In this document: piece by piece, positions 20,136-30,522 of the stretch
Numbering within the stretch: position 1 is the first letter of the stretch
Layout of the letters: every line of letters starts with the position of its first letter
Source: Methanocaldococcus indicus
GTDB lineage: Archaea; AGJL01; Methanococci; Methanococcales; Methanocaldococcaceae
Assembly (NCBI RefSeq): GCF_049554935.1
Contig: NZ_CP186926.1
Coordinates: forward strand, 1,056,001 to 1,120,000
DNA length: 64,000 nucleotides
Direction: 5' to 3'
Notes under the pieces: model-generated
The model's database searches: none
What the model was told of the DNA's origin: nothing
What the model saw: only the letters and a program-made list of their open reading frames with translations
Translations under genes and position numbers: made by a program

Positions 20136-20193
20136 CCCTTCAGAGCTCATACGGTTCATCATAAAATCAGTTAAAACTAATCATCATCAGGGA
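20136..20193 (-). ncRNA. Box C/D methylation-guide sRNA (sR8-like)
   Basis: Minus strand: CC-CTGATGA(C)-TGATTAGTTTTAA-CTGA(D')-TTTT-ATGATGA(C')-ACCGTATGAGCT-CTGA(D)-AGGG; D guide resembles the recalled M. jannaschii sR8 sequence. Confidence 0.85.
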
Positions 20194-20199
20194 AAGATT

Positions 20200-21717
20200 A
20201 TGAGAGCTTTAATTTTAGATGGATATACTGATGAGCCAGCAGGTTTAGGAGTTCCTCCATATTTGGGAGTATATCCAAGATATGCTTATGGAGTTTTAGA
20301 TAAATTTAATGTTGAAACAGATTATACAACTATTGATAAATTTAGAGAAAAACCTTTAAATTTAGAAAGATATGATTTAATCATTTGCATATCTGGATTT
20401 CACACTCCTGGGAAGTATCTTTCTGCTAACCCAGCAACATTAAAAGAATTAGCATCAATAGTTTATAAATCTAATGCTATAAAAGTTTTAGGGGGTCCAG
20501 TAGCTACAAAATTTGGCTCTTCTTTTGTTGGAGGAGAGTTAAAAAAAGAAGAGAAATATAAAGAGATTTTTGATGTTGTTGTTGAAGGAGATTTAGAAGC
20601 TGTTTTATATGATTTATTAAATGAAAATTTAAATGTTGAGAAGGTAGATACTGAAAGATTTAGGAGTTATGAAGAATTGAGAGAATTTGCAATTAGAGGA
20701 GCTAAAATAGTAAAAAAACATCCACTATATCCTAATATAATTGTTGAATTGGAGAGTTATAGGGGTTGTGCAAGAGCAATAACAGGAGGATGCTCTTTTT
20801 GTGTTGAACCAAGAAGATTTAAATTGCCAGAATTTAGAGATGAAAGAGATATATATGAAGAAGCTAAAGCTCTCTCATTGGAAGGAATAAAATATTTTAG
20901 AGTTGGGAGACAGCCTTGTATATACAGCTATAAAGCTTTTGATATAGGAAAAGAAGAAGTTCCAAAGCCAAATGTTGATGCAATAGAAAAATTGTTTAAG
21001 TCATTATCATCTCTAAATCCAAAAGTTTTACATATAGATAATGTAAATCCTGCTGTTATAGCAAGATATAAAGAAGAGAGTATGGAAATAACTAAGATTT
21101 TGGTTAAATATTGCACATCTGGAAATGTTGCTGCCTTTGGTGTGGAAAGTTTTGATAAAAAGGTTATAAAAGCCAATAATTTAGGATTTGAGCCAGAGGA
21201 AATTTTAGAGGCAGTTAAAATTTTAAATGAAATTGGAGGAGAGAGAGGAGAAACAGGACTACCAAATTTACTCCCTGGAATCAATCTTCTATTTGGACTA
21301 AAAGGAGAGAGTAAAAGAACATTTAAAATAAACTATGAATATTTAAAGAAAATTTATGATGAGGGATATATGCTCAGAAGAATAAATATAAGGCAAGTAG
21401 TCCCATTTTATGGCACAGATATATGTGAGAAAGATATAAAAAAAGCTGAAAAAAGAAAAAAGTTATTTTTATGGTTTAAAGAGAAAATTAGAGAGGAAAT
21501 AGATAATAAAATGTTAAAAAGAGTTGTTCCAAAAGGAACAATATTAAAAGATGTATTAATTGAGAAAAAGGATAAAAATTTATATTTTGGTAGGCAGTTG
21601 GGCAGTTATCCAATTTTAGTGGGAATAAAAGGAAATGTAAATATTGGTGAATTTGTTGATGTTAAAGTTGTAGATTATGGTTATAGGTCTATAACAGGAG
21701 TTCCTATTAAAAATTAA
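20200..21717 (+). CDS. Radical SAM protein with B12-binding-like N-terminus and C-terminal TRAM domain
   Basis: YRGCARAITGGCSFC cluster motif; DGYTDEPAGLGVPPY N-terminus; TRAM-like C-terminus. Confidence 0.85.
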   Translation: MRALILDGYTDEPAGLGVPPYLGVYPRYAYGVLDKFNVETDYTTIDKFREKPLNLERYDLIICISGFHTPGKYLSANPATLKELASIVYKSNAIKVLGGPVATKFGSSFVGGELKKEEKYKEIFDVVVEGDLEAVLYDLLNENLNVEKVDTERFRSYEELREFAIRGAKIVKKHPLYPNIIVELESYRGCARAITGGCSFCVEPRRFKLPEFRDERDIYEEAKALSLEGIKYFRVGRQPCIYSYKAFDIGKEEVPKPNVDAIEKLFKSLSSLNPKVLHIDNVNPAVIARYKEESMEITKILVKYCTSGNVAAFGVESFDKKVIKANNLGFEPEEILEAVKILNEIGGERGETGLPNLLPGINLLFGLKGESKRTFKINYEYLKKIYDEGYMLRRINIRQVVPFYGTDICEKDIKKAEKRKKLFLWFKEKIREEIDNKMLKRVVPKGTILKDVLIEKKDKNLYFGRQLGSYPILVGIKGNVNIGEFVDVKVVDYGYRSITGVPIKN

Positions 21718-21740
21718 CTTTTTTAGAAGTTAATAAATGA

Positions 21741-22226
21741 ATTTTAATTCTGAAACGGTCTTATTTTAACGCAGGGAAAATATTAGAGAAGAGTATTTCC
21801 ATACCGGGACGGTCTTATTTTAACATTATTGAAAGAAAATTTTACAACTTATACCAGCTATTATTTCCATACCGGGACGGTCTTATTTTAACTATGACAC
21901 TCCTAAAATCCAACAAATCCTTATACACTCATTTCCATACCGGGACGGTCTTATTTTAACTTTAGTTTTTTTAATATCAACTGTCGGAGCAATTCCATTT
22001 CCATACCGGGACGGTCTTATTTTAACCAGATAGCTATACAACAGTAACATCAACAGGAACAATATTTCCATACCGGGACGGTCTTATTTTAACATAAAAA
22101 AATTCCAAGTAAGATTCAAAATATCAAGATATTTCCATACCGGGACGGTCTTATTTTAACGGGATGTTAAATCAGAATGCAATTATAAAAACACAAATTT
22201 CCATACCGGGACGGTCTTATTTTAAC
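21741..22226 (-). CRISPR. CRISPR array: 8 repeats of 30 bp (GTTAAAATAAGACCGTCCCGGTATGGAAAT on minus strand), 7 spacers
   Basis: Repeats start at 21741 (degenerate), 21795, 21863, 21931, 21997, 22064, 22131, 22197; spacers 24, 38, 38, 36, 37, 37, 36 nt. Confidence 0.98.
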
Positions 22227-22620
22227 AGGAAGCACATTTTAGACATAATAATATAACAACGTTCTCATATATAAGCTTTTTGGTACTAAAATTTTCGAAG
22301 GGTAGGTTTCCCTATTCATTTATATACCTTCGAACTTTTATAAAAATCTTTCTATTTCATATTAATCCAATAAAAATTTTTCATATCTAAAAACTAAACC
22401 AATCTATCTGGGATTTTCAAATATTAAAAGAAAAAACATAAAACTACAAAAAATCTCATTAAATTATATAATCAAAATATATAAAATATTCAAAATAACG
22501 ACCCCCTATGAATTTTCCTAAAAATCCTCTAAATTGAAAATATCCTTCTAAAATCAAATAAAATCAAAAAATAAAGATTTTTAGCGTGATAATTGTCATC
22601 TGAATATTTAAAATTATGGT
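22227..22620 (-). promoter_or_regulatory. CRISPR leader
   Basis: AT-rich non-coding region next to the intact terminal repeat; minus-strand AAAAGCTTATATA (BRE/TATA-like) about 40-50 nt from the first repeat; far boundary approximate. Confidence 0.8.
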
Positions 22621-22685
22621 TAGTAAGATATTAATAAAAGCAATTTTATTTTAAAAGTTTAACATTACACCAAAAAGGTGAAAAG

Positions 22686-23921
22686 TTGTTCTTAACATTA
22701 GATGATTTTGATTTTGAAGGGAAAAGGGTTGTTTTAAGAGTAGATATAAATTGTCCAATAAATCCAGAAAATGGAGAAATTTTGGATGATAAAAGAATTA
22801 GAGAAGTTAAGAAAACTATAAATGAGCTATCTAATTCTGGAGCAAGAGTGGTTATTTTAGCTCACCAAAGTAGGCCTGGAAAGAAAGATTTTGCTCCTTT
22901 GGAGGAGCATGCTAAAAAATTAAGTGAGATATTACATAAAGAAGTTAAATATTTGGATGAAATATTTAGTAAGAGAGTTATCAATGAAATAAAAAATATG
23001 GAAGATGGAGATATAATTCTCTTGGAGAATATAAGATTTTATTCAGAAGAAGTTTTAAAAGATTGGAAAAAGTGGGAGAAGATTACTCCAAAAAAACAAG
23101 CAGAAACATTATTAATTAAAAGGTTAGCTCCTCTCTTTGACTATTTTGTTAATGATGCATTTGCAGCTGCTCATAGAGCACAACCTTCATTAGTTGGATT
23201 CTCTTATTATATGCCTATGATTGCTGGTAGATTGATGGAGAAGGAGGTTAATGTTTTATCAAAGGTTGTAGAAAATCCTGATAGTCCTGCTGTATATGTC
23301 TTAGGAGGAGCTAAGGCAGATGACTCTATAAAAGTTATGAAGAATGTATTGGATAGAGTAGATTATATACTAACTGGTGGAATAGTAGCAAATATCTTTT
23401 TGATAGCTAAGGGCTACAACTTAGGTAAGAATTTAGAGATAATTAAAAACTTAGGATATGAGAGTTTAATAGAAGAAGCTAAGAATCTATTAGAAAAATA
23501 TGAAGAAAAAATATATACTCCTGTTGATGTGGCTTTAAATATTAATGGGGAGAGAGTAGAAAAAAAATTAAATGGAGATGTTGAAGAGCTAATAAATGAT
23601 ATTGGAGAGGAGACAATAAAGATATATAGTGAAATTATCAAAAAAGCTAAGACTATTGTTGCTAATGGACCTATGGGAGTATTTGAATTGGAGAACTTTG
23701 CTATTGGAACAATAAAAATTTTAGATGCTATTGCACACTCAAAAGGATTTAAGGTTATTGGAGGGGGACATATAGCAGCTGCAACTGAATTATTTGGATA
23801 TGCTGATAAGATAGACCATATATCTACTGGTGGAGGAGCTACTCTCTCATTCTTGTCTGGGGAAAAACTTCCAGTTATAGAAATGTTGAAAGAATCATAT
23901 TCAAAGTTTAAGCATCCATAA
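22686..23921 (+). CDS. pgk: Phosphoglycerate kinase
   Basis: [33 protein letters not shown]. Confidence 0.97.
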   Translation: MFLTLDDFDFEGKRVVLRVDINCPINPENGEILDDKRIREVKKTINELSNSGARVVILAHQSRPGKKDFAPLEEHAKKLSEILHKEVKYLDEIFSKRVINEIKNMEDGDIILLENIRFYSEEVLKDWKKWEKITPKKQAETLLIKRLAPLFDYFVNDAFAAAHRAQPSLVGFSYYMPMIAGRLMEKEVNVLSKVVENPDSPAVYVLGGAKADDSIKVMKNVLDRVDYILTGGIVANIFLIAKGYNLGKNLEIIKNLGYESLIEEAKNLLEKYEEKIYTPVDVALNINGERVEKKLNGDVEELINDIGEETIKIYSEIIKKAKTIVANGPMGVFELENFAIGTIKILDAIAHSKGFKVIGGGHIAAATELFGYADKIDHISTGGGATLSFLSGEKLPVIEMLKESYSKFKHP

Positions 23922-24126
23922 TTTTATTGAATATAAGTAAATCAAACTTAGAAACTTCTATTAACCCCAAAAATATAATTCTTTTTATACAACCATTTTC
24001 AATAGAGCAGTAGTAAAAGTAGTAGTCCTCTACAACAAAAATAGCACCATCATCTTTACAAAAGAGAATATGTATATTATCTTTCTCAAAAAATCTTTTT
24101 AAATAGGATAATATTTCGGGCGCCAT
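23908..24126 (-). CDS. Small hypothetical protein
   Basis: 72-aa ORF filling the gap between tiaS and pgk. Confidence 0.45.
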   Translation of the reverse strand: MAPEILSYLKRFFEKDNIHILFCKDDGAIFVVEDYYFYYCSIENGCIKRIIFLGLIEVSKFDLLIFNKIMDA

Positions 24127-24169
24127 ATAATATAGATGGCATATTGTGTTTTGTATTGTTTTTAGGTGT

Positions 24170-25429
24170 TTAACTAATCAAGTCAATCAGTTGGATAGGT
24201 TTAGATAAGTGTCTCCTTGCAGATGGAGGAACTTCATAAAAACCAATTTTTATATTCCTCTCAACTATTATTTTTTTTACACTTTCCTTATTAAAAGAGC
24301 TTTTACATTTTTTACATTTAAATGTAGTTCTTCCTTTAGATTTTAGAGTTCCACCACATAAAGGACATTCTTTAATATATTCAAATTTTTCAGCCAATTT
24401 TAAAATCTTAATTTTCTCTATATTTATAGTTAAAGGTTTTTCTCTAACTGTTCCATAAACTGCTATATAGTCTCCAACTATCAACTCTCTAATTATGTCT
24501 CTAAACTTTTTAGTTGGTTCATAAGCTATACAATCTATCTCTCCTGTATCATCCTTTAATTTAAATTTCACATGCCCTCCTTCTAAGTTTTTTGGCTCCT
24601 CTGATAAATAGCCATATACAATAACTCCTGTGTTTGGATATATATCCTTAATTTTCATATATCTTAGATGAGCATCAGTTCCATGATTTGTTTTAAATAT
24701 TAAAAATCTCTCTGATTTTTCTCCTTTAACTAAAAAATGAGCATCTATTAAATATTTTATATCTATTCCTCTTATTCCATACAAAACTGGACATGGAGTA
24801 TTTGGAGTTATTAAAATTTTTTTATTCTCATAGTCATAGTTATCAAATGTGTATGGGAAAGTTTCTTTATCCATCTTTATAACACTATCCTCATCAATTA
24901 TCCTTTTTGTTCCCCATCTATCTCTATATCTATAAGCTATTAGTTCATAAGTATATGGTGGAGTTGATGATATAGCTCCTAAAGCTCCTATAATTCCTCT
25001 CCCTAATTTATATTTTATACTATATCCATTTACCAATTTAATGATTTTTTCAGCATAATCAACATCAACAATATTATATAAAACCTCTTTATAATAGTTC
25101 TTTAGAATCTCTCTATGGTTTTTATAGTTCTTATGCTCCAAAAATACAACTCCTGGATTTGTATTTTCATCTTCTAAATCTGAGTACTTCTCAACAAAGT
25201 CAATAACCAAATCTTTTATAAATTTAAAATCTTCTCTTTTGTAGTTTAAAATTCTTAAAGAAACTCCTCCATTACCTCTTGTTTTGTATTTAACAGAAGG
25301 ATTAAATCTAATTAGTTTTGGAATATCTAAAATAAATCCATTGTTTTTTAGTTCTTCATATAGAAGAGTAGCTAAGTATGTTGTGCATAATTTCCTTCTA
25401 CTGTCTGTATCATCTATTCCAATGAACAT
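24170..25429 (-). CDS. tiaS: tRNA(Ile2) agmatinylcytidine synthase
   Basis: [16 protein letters not shown] fold, zinc ribbon, RRHLSKP. Confidence 0.96.
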   Translation of the reverse strand: MFIGIDDTDSRRKLCTTYLATLLYEELKNNGFILDIPKLIRFNPSVKYKTRGNGGVSLRILNYKREDFKFIKDLVIDFVEKYSDLEDENTNPGVVFLEHKNYKNHREILKNYYKEVLYNIVDVDYAEKIIKLVNGYSIKYKLGRGIIGALGAISSTPPYTYELIAYRYRDRWGTKRIIDEDSVIKMDKETFPYTFDNYDYENKKILITPNTPCPVLYGIRGIDIKYLIDAHFLVKGEKSERFLIFKTNHGTDAHLRYMKIKDIYPNTGVIVYGYLSEEPKNLEGGHVKFKLKDDTGEIDCIAYEPTKKFRDIIRELIVGDYIAVYGTVREKPLTINIEKIKILKLAEKFEYIKECPLCGGTLKSKGRTTFKCKKCKSSFNKESVKKIIVERNIKIGFYEVPPSARRHLSKPIQLIDLIS

Positions 25430-26334
25430 ACTTCCACCAATACTCTAAGAATATCTTTTAAATTCTCTTTTAAATCCCTTTTTTCAATCTTTTTAGTCTC
25501 AAAAACAACTCCTTTTCTTAAAATTCTATCATAAGTCGGGCAAATTGTAGTTAAAGATTTTTTATTATCTAATTTAATTTTTGAATTTATAATTTTAGAT
25601 AACTCTCTTGGATTATTACACTCAATAAAAATAGATAAACTCTCACTATTTTTAAAATAAGTATTTTTAATTCTCTTTTTTAAGAAGTTGTTAGATTTTA
25701 TATATAATCTATATGTCTTTTTAGCTTCTAACAATTCCTCTTTTAGTATGTTGAAGTAGTTTATAGTTTTGTATGTCTTATATATATCTAAAAACTCATC
25801 CTTTATTTTTTTAAATATCTCTTCTTTAATACCTAAGAAACCTCCATATTCACAATTTAAAATTTTTGGACTTCCAGTAGAACAAACAACTAAATCTCCA
25901 TATCCACAATCTCCTCCAATTTTGTTGGATATATCTTCAATAAATAAAATGTTATTTTCATCACATGCCTCTCTAATCTCTTTTAATGGATTCTCTGCAA
26001 GATATCCAGAGAGAGATGTTAAAATTAAGGCTTTATCTTTGTAGTTTATATTCTCTATTACTCCTAAATTAGTTTCTATTTTTTCAATATTTAAATTAAA
26101 GATTTTAGGATATTTTAAAAATCCTTTCCATCCTCCCATATCAGGAACTAATATTGTGTCATAAAATTTCTTAGCTATAAAAATAGATAAAAAAACACCT
26201 GCACTTCCAGAAGGTAAGAAAAATATTTTATATTCATTATTTAGTAGAGAGTTTATAATCTCTTTACAAATCTCTTCATCTCCCTCTTTATCAACTTTTG
26301 GAGCTCTTCTATGTCTTAAATATATAAAAATCAC
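25414..26334 (-). CDS. PLP-dependent (fold type I-like) protein of unknown function
   Basis: PSGSAG, IEDIS, STGSPK (candidate PLP Lys) followed by GGF. Confidence 0.65.
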   Translation of the reverse strand: MIFIYLRHRRAPKVDKEGDEEICKEIINSLLNNEYKIFFLPSGSAGVFLSIFIAKKFYDTILVPDMGGWKGFLKYPKIFNLNIEKIETNLGVIENINYKDKALILTSLSGYLAENPLKEIREACDENNILFIEDISNKIGGDCGYGDLVVCSTGSPKILNCEYGGFLGIKEEIFKKIKDEFLDIYKTYKTINYFNILKEELLEAKKTYRLYIKSNNFLKKRIKNTYFKNSESLSIFIECNNPRELSKIINSKIKLDNKKSLTTICPTYDRILRKGVVFETKKIEKRDLKENLKDILRVLVEVCSLE

Positions 26335-26338
26335 CTTT

Positions 26339-27409
26339 TTATGGTTTTAAATAAAAGAGATGTGAAATGCATGAACAATCAGAACATCCAAATTTTTTAA
26401 TTGGTATTAAAATATCTCTTAGCTCTTGAGCAACTTCACACTCAACTTTTTTATTGGTTATATAGATTTCCTCAATTTTTCCATACTTTAAAAGATAGTC
26501 AATATGCCAATGTAATTTTTTATCATCTCTTAAATGTCTCCCAATTCTATTTTTTAAATTTATACTATTTCCAAAAGCAGAACCCACATAGAAATAATAT
26601 CCTTTTTTAAAAAATTCTTCATTATTACCAAATTTTATTTTTCTACCATTTTTTAGTTTTATTTTTAGTATATAGGTTCCTTTTTCTTTTGTAATATTAT
26701 TTTTACTAACTTTTTTGAAATTATATTTATCTAAAACTTCTTTTATCTTTGTTAATTTCTTATAGTAAGGACAGATTTCTTTAATCTCTTTAAAGCATTT
26801 ATCACATCTTGGCTTAACATTACATATCTCCCTACCAAATACAACTAATAAATTATTTATTTCCTTCCAATACTTTTTTGGTAATATTTTTCTTAGCTCT
26901 TTTTCAGTTTCTTCAGGTGTTTCAGTATCTACAAACTCCCATCTATTGCATATTCTATGGACATGAGTATCTACACAAATCCCATCTTTATTAAAAGCTA
27001 AGGTTAATACTAAATTAGCTGTTTTCCTACCAACACCTGGAAGTTTTAATAACTCTTCTAAATTGTCAGGAATTTCTCCATTGTATTTATCTTTTAAAGT
27101 TTTAGCAAGTTCTTTTAATTTTTTAGCTTTTACTTTATAAAATCCAGCTGGATAAATTAGATTAGAAAGCTCTTCTTCATCAATATTTATTAAATCATCA
27201 ACATCTTTAACTCTTTTAAACAATTTTTTACTAACCTCCTCTGTTACTTCATCTCTTGTCCTTGCACTTATAATAGTTGATACTAAAACTTTAAAAGGAC
27301 TATTTTCTTTTGAAATTTCTGTTACAACAGCATCTTTTTTTATCTTCTCTTTTAATATATCCAATAGTTTTGTATTTATATTACCACCTTCAAATATTTG
27401 AATTAACAT
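26339..27409 (-). CDS. nth: Endonuclease III (HhH-GPD) fused to a DUF123/GIY-YIG-like domain
   Basis: [17 protein letters not shown], Fe-S Cys cluster; C-terminal GTY..YVGSA..HWHIDYL..FGCSDC.C.SHL. Confidence 0.9.
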   Translation of the reverse strand: MLIQIFEGGNINTKLLDILKEKIKKDAVVTEISKENSPFKVLVSTIISARTRDEVTEEVSKKLFKRVKDVDDLINIDEEELSNLIYPAGFYKVKAKKLKELAKTLKDKYNGEIPDNLEELLKLPGVGRKTANLVLTLAFNKDGICVDTHVHRICNRWEFVDTETPEETEKELRKILPKKYWKEINNLLVVFGREICNVKPRCDKCFKEIKEICPYYKKLTKIKEVLDKYNFKKVSKNNITKEKGTYILKIKLKNGRKIKFGNNEEFFKKGYYFYVGSAFGNSINLKNRIGRHLRDDKKLHWHIDYLLKYGKIEEIYITNKKVECEVAQELRDILIPIKKFGCSDCSCISHLFYLKP

Positions 27410-27469
27410 ATAAGAAGTATTATATAACTGTTTTGTATATATAATGATTATTGCTCAATAGTTATTACT

Positions 27470-28594
27470 TTGGTGATTACCTTGAAATTACCAACAACAA
27501 ATAAAAGATTACTATTTTCCAAAATTAAAACTTATGATGAGACACTACCATCTTTAAAGAGAGTTATTATTGAACCTGTTGGATTTCCAATTAAAGTAAG
27601 TAATAGCGAGAATGTTAAAGTTTCTGCTGAGAACTTAGATTTATTTAATATCTATGCGAGAGACCAATGGATTGGTGAGATTGTAAAGGAAGGGGATTAT
27701 TTATTTGATAATTCAATTATTCCTGACTATGCATTTAGAGTAATTTCCACATATCCAAAAGGAGGAGGACTAATAACGAGTGACACTTACTTTATACTAC
27801 AACAACCTAAAAAAATTATAAGAACACAATTTAAAAAAGCTAAGTTTGATGATATTATAGGACAGGAACATGCTAAAAAGAAATGTAAAATAATAATGAA
27901 GTATTTAGAGAATCCTAAACTATTTGGGGAGTGGGCTCCAAGAAATATATTGTTTTATGGACCTCCTGGAACTGGAAAGACATTAATGGCAAGGGCATTA
28001 GCAACAGAAACAGATTCCTCATTTATATTAATAAAAGCTCCTGAGTTGATAGGAGAACATGTAGGAGATTCATCTAAGATGATTAGAGAACTCTATAAAA
28101 AAGCTGAAGAATCTGCTCCATGTATTGTATTTATTGATGAGTTAGATGCAATAGGGTTGAGTAGAGAGTATCAATCTTTAAGGGGAGATGTCTCTGAGGT
28201 AGTAAATGCACTATTAACTGAATTGGATGGAATTAAAGAGCATGAGGGAGTAGTTACTATTGCAGCAACTAATAATCCTGCAATGTTAGATACAGCAATT
28301 AGAAGTAGATTTGAGGAAGAAATAGAATTTAAACTACCAAATGATGAAGAAAGATTAAAAATTATGGAGTTGTATGCAAAAACATTGCCATTACCAATTA
28401 AAGCAAATTTAAAAGAATTTGTAGAAAAAACTAAAGGATTTAGTGGTAGAGATATTAAAGAGAAGTTTTTAAAACCTGCTTTACACAAAGCAATTATTGA
28501 AGATAAGGAATTTATTGATAGAGAGGATTTACTATGGGCAATTAAAAATATTAAGAAAAATGTTAGAGAAGCTCCTCAACACCTCTATCTATAA
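27470..28594 (+). CDS. AAA+ ATPase (methanogen CDC48-like single-domain type)
   Basis: GPPGTGKT, FIDELDA, AATNNP...RSRF. Confidence 0.9.
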   Translation: MVITLKLPTTNKRLLFSKIKTYDETLPSLKRVIIEPVGFPIKVSNSENVKVSAENLDLFNIYARDQWIGEIVKEGDYLFDNSIIPDYAFRVISTYPKGGGLITSDTYFILQQPKKIIRTQFKKAKFDDIIGQEHAKKKCKIIMKYLENPKLFGEWAPRNILFYGPPGTGKTLMARALATETDSSFILIKAPELIGEHVGDSSKMIRELYKKAEESAPCIVFIDELDAIGLSREYQSLRGDVSEVVNALLTELDGIKEHEGVVTIAATNNPAMLDTAIRSRFEEEIEFKLPNDEERLKIMELYAKTLPLPIKANLKEFVEKTKGFSGRDIKEKFLKPALHKAIIEDKEFIDREDLLWAIKNIKKNVREAPQHLYL

Positions 28595-29225
28595 TATAAT
28601 CCTCAACTATCCACAACCTATCTTTATTTTTTCTATACAATATTAACAACTTGTATATTATTTCCTGATTATCTCTATTGAATATTTCTCTAATAACTAT
28701 ATCATAAATTTCAAAATCATCAACATCATTATTTATTAGTTCTTCAACTACTTTAATAAGTTCAGAGTCATCTAATTTTTTAATATTGTTCTTTAAAAAT
28801 GTTCTTAAAGTGTAGATGTTCTTTTTTTCTAACTTAGATAATTTAATTAAATTTTTAATTTTGTTAAATAATGAATCTACTTCAATAAATTCCTCCCATA
28901 AAAAATTATTTGTAATTATCTTTTCTAAGAGCTTAATGATATCTTCCTTTGATTGTTTCATAATATTATTAAATATTTCTTCCCCATCAATAAACATATT
29001 ATTTTTATATGCCAAATACAAAGCATATCCATGCTTACAGTTGTATTTATATGGGCAGGAGCATATACTCTCTAAGGTATCTAAGTTAAACTTTACTTTA
29101 TATATTTTAGAACCAACAACTTCTCCAAATAAATAATTTTTGTATTTTACACAATATCTAACTAAACCTAACTTAAAATATTGCTCTCCTCTTTTTTTGA
29201 CAAGTTCATCAAACATAATAATCAC
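28563..29225 (-). CDS. SWIM zinc finger protein
   Basis: RGEQY...CSCP...CKH. Confidence 0.85.
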   Translation of the reverse strand: MIIMFDELVKKRGEQYFKLGLVRYCVKYKNYLFGEVVGSKIYKVKFNLDTLESICSCPYKYNCKHGYALYLAYKNNMFIDGEEIFNNIMKQSKEDIIKLLEKIITNNFLWEEFIEVDSLFNKIKNLIKLSKLEKKNIYTLRTFLKNNIKKLDDSELIKVVEELINNDVDDFEIYDIVIREIFNRDNQEIIYKLLILYRKNKDRLWIVEDYIIDRGVEELL

Positions 29226-29321
29226 TAATAATATATAAATAAATTAATTTTAGAAAAGTATATATAGAAGTTTTACTAACATATATAAATAATTTTCGTA
29301 AATTATATAAAGGGGTTTATT

Positions 29322-29522
29322 TTGAAAATAAAAATACTACATAAAACTCCTAAAGGTTTTTTTATCGGTAGAGGATTTGTGAAGATAGGAACTGATGTTT
29401 TTTATAAACGTAAAAAAGTTGGGAAGGTTGTTGATATTTTTGGCCCAGTAAAAAATCCATATATTAAAATAAAACCATATAAAAAAGATATTGTTTTAGA
29501 TGTTGTCTATACTAATAAATAA
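29322..29522 (+). CDS. gar1: H/ACA RNP component Gar1
   Basis: [15 protein letters not shown]; conserved position upstream of tfb. Confidence 0.9.
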   Translation: MKIKILHKTPKGFFIGRGFVKIGTDVFYKRKKVGKVVDIFGPVKNPYIKIKPYKKDIVLDVVYTNK

Positions 29523-29538
29523 TTTTTTAGGGATTCCT

Positions 29539-30513
29539 ATGTCTAATTTAAAAGAAATCCAAAAAGAGTTAGAAAAAAAATTAGATAAAAAAGAAGAAAA
29601 AAAGGAAGAAGAAATAGTATGTCCTATTTGTGGTAGTAAAGAAGTTATAAAAGATTATGAAAGGGCTGAAATTGTTTGTTCTGTGTGTGGATGTGTAATT
29701 AAAGAGAACTTATTTGATGTTGGGCCAGAATGGAGAGCATTTGACCATGAACAAAAAATGAAAAGATGTAGAGTAGGAGCTCCTACAACACTAACAATTC
29801 ATGATAAAGGACTTTCAACAGTTATTGATTGGAAAGATAAAGATAGTTATGGAAAGGATATATCTGCAAATAAAAAAGCTCAATTATATAGATTAAGAAA
29901 ATGGCAAAGAAGAATTAGAGTATGTGATGCCTCTGAAAGAAACTTAGCATTTGCATTATCTGAGTTAGATAGAATAGCAGCTAAGTTAAATCTTCCTAAA
30001 CATGTTAAGGAACATGCTGCAAGAATATATAGAAATGCTGTTGAGAAGGGATTAATTAGAGGTAGAAGTATTGAAGGAGTTGTTACTGCTGCTATATATG
30101 CAGCATGTAGAATTTGTAGAGTTCCAAGAACTTTGGATGAGATTGCAGAAGTTTCAAGAGTAGAAAGAAAAGAGATAGGTAGAACATACAGATTCTTAGC
30201 AAGAGAATTGGGAATAAAATTAACCCCAACAAGTCCAATAGATTATGTTCCAAGATTTGCCTCAGCTCTTGGCTTACCAGGAGAAGTGGAAAGTAAAGCA
30301 ATACAAATTTTAGAAAAAGCAGCTGAAAAAGGATTAACAAGTGGTAGAGGGCCTACTGGAGTTGCAGCAGCTGCAATATATATAGCAAGTGTCTTATTAG
30401 GACATAGAAAAACACAGAGAGAAGTTGCAGAAGTTGCAGGTGTAACTGAGGTAACAATAAGAAATAGATATAAGGAATTAACTGAACATTTAGATATTGA
30501 TGTTACTCTATAA
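29539..30513 (+). CDS. tfb: Transcription initiation factor IIB, intein-free (likely start ATG 29539)
   Basis: Zinc ribbon CPICG...CSVCG, GPEWRAF, two cyclin repeats, [10 protein letters not shown]. Confidence 0.97.
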   Translation: MSNLKEIQKELEKKLDKKEEKKEEEIVCPICGSKEVIKDYERAEIVCSVCGCVIKENLFDVGPEWRAFDHEQKMKRCRVGAPTTLTIHDKGLSTVIDWKDKDSYGKDISANKKAQLYRLRKWQRRIRVCDASERNLAFALSELDRIAAKLNLPKHVKEHAARIYRNAVEKGLIRGRSIEGVVTAAIYAACRICRVPRTLDEIAEVSRVERKEIGRTYRFLARELGIKLTPTSPIDYVPRFASALGLPGEVESKAIQILEKAAEKGLTSGRGPTGVAAAAIYIASVLLGHRKTQREVAEVAGVTEVTIRNRYKELTEHLDIDVTL

Positions 30514-30522
30514 AGGGGGAAT

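Noticed and set aside
20120-20192. Hammerhead-like CTGATGA...GAAAC on the minus strand
   Set aside because: No convincing stems I/III or cleavage triplet; the C/D'/C'/D box arrangement explains the motifs better.
29539-30513. Possible intein in TFB, as in M. jannaschii
   Set aside because: Sequence is continuous through [12 protein letters not shown]; this allele is intein-free.
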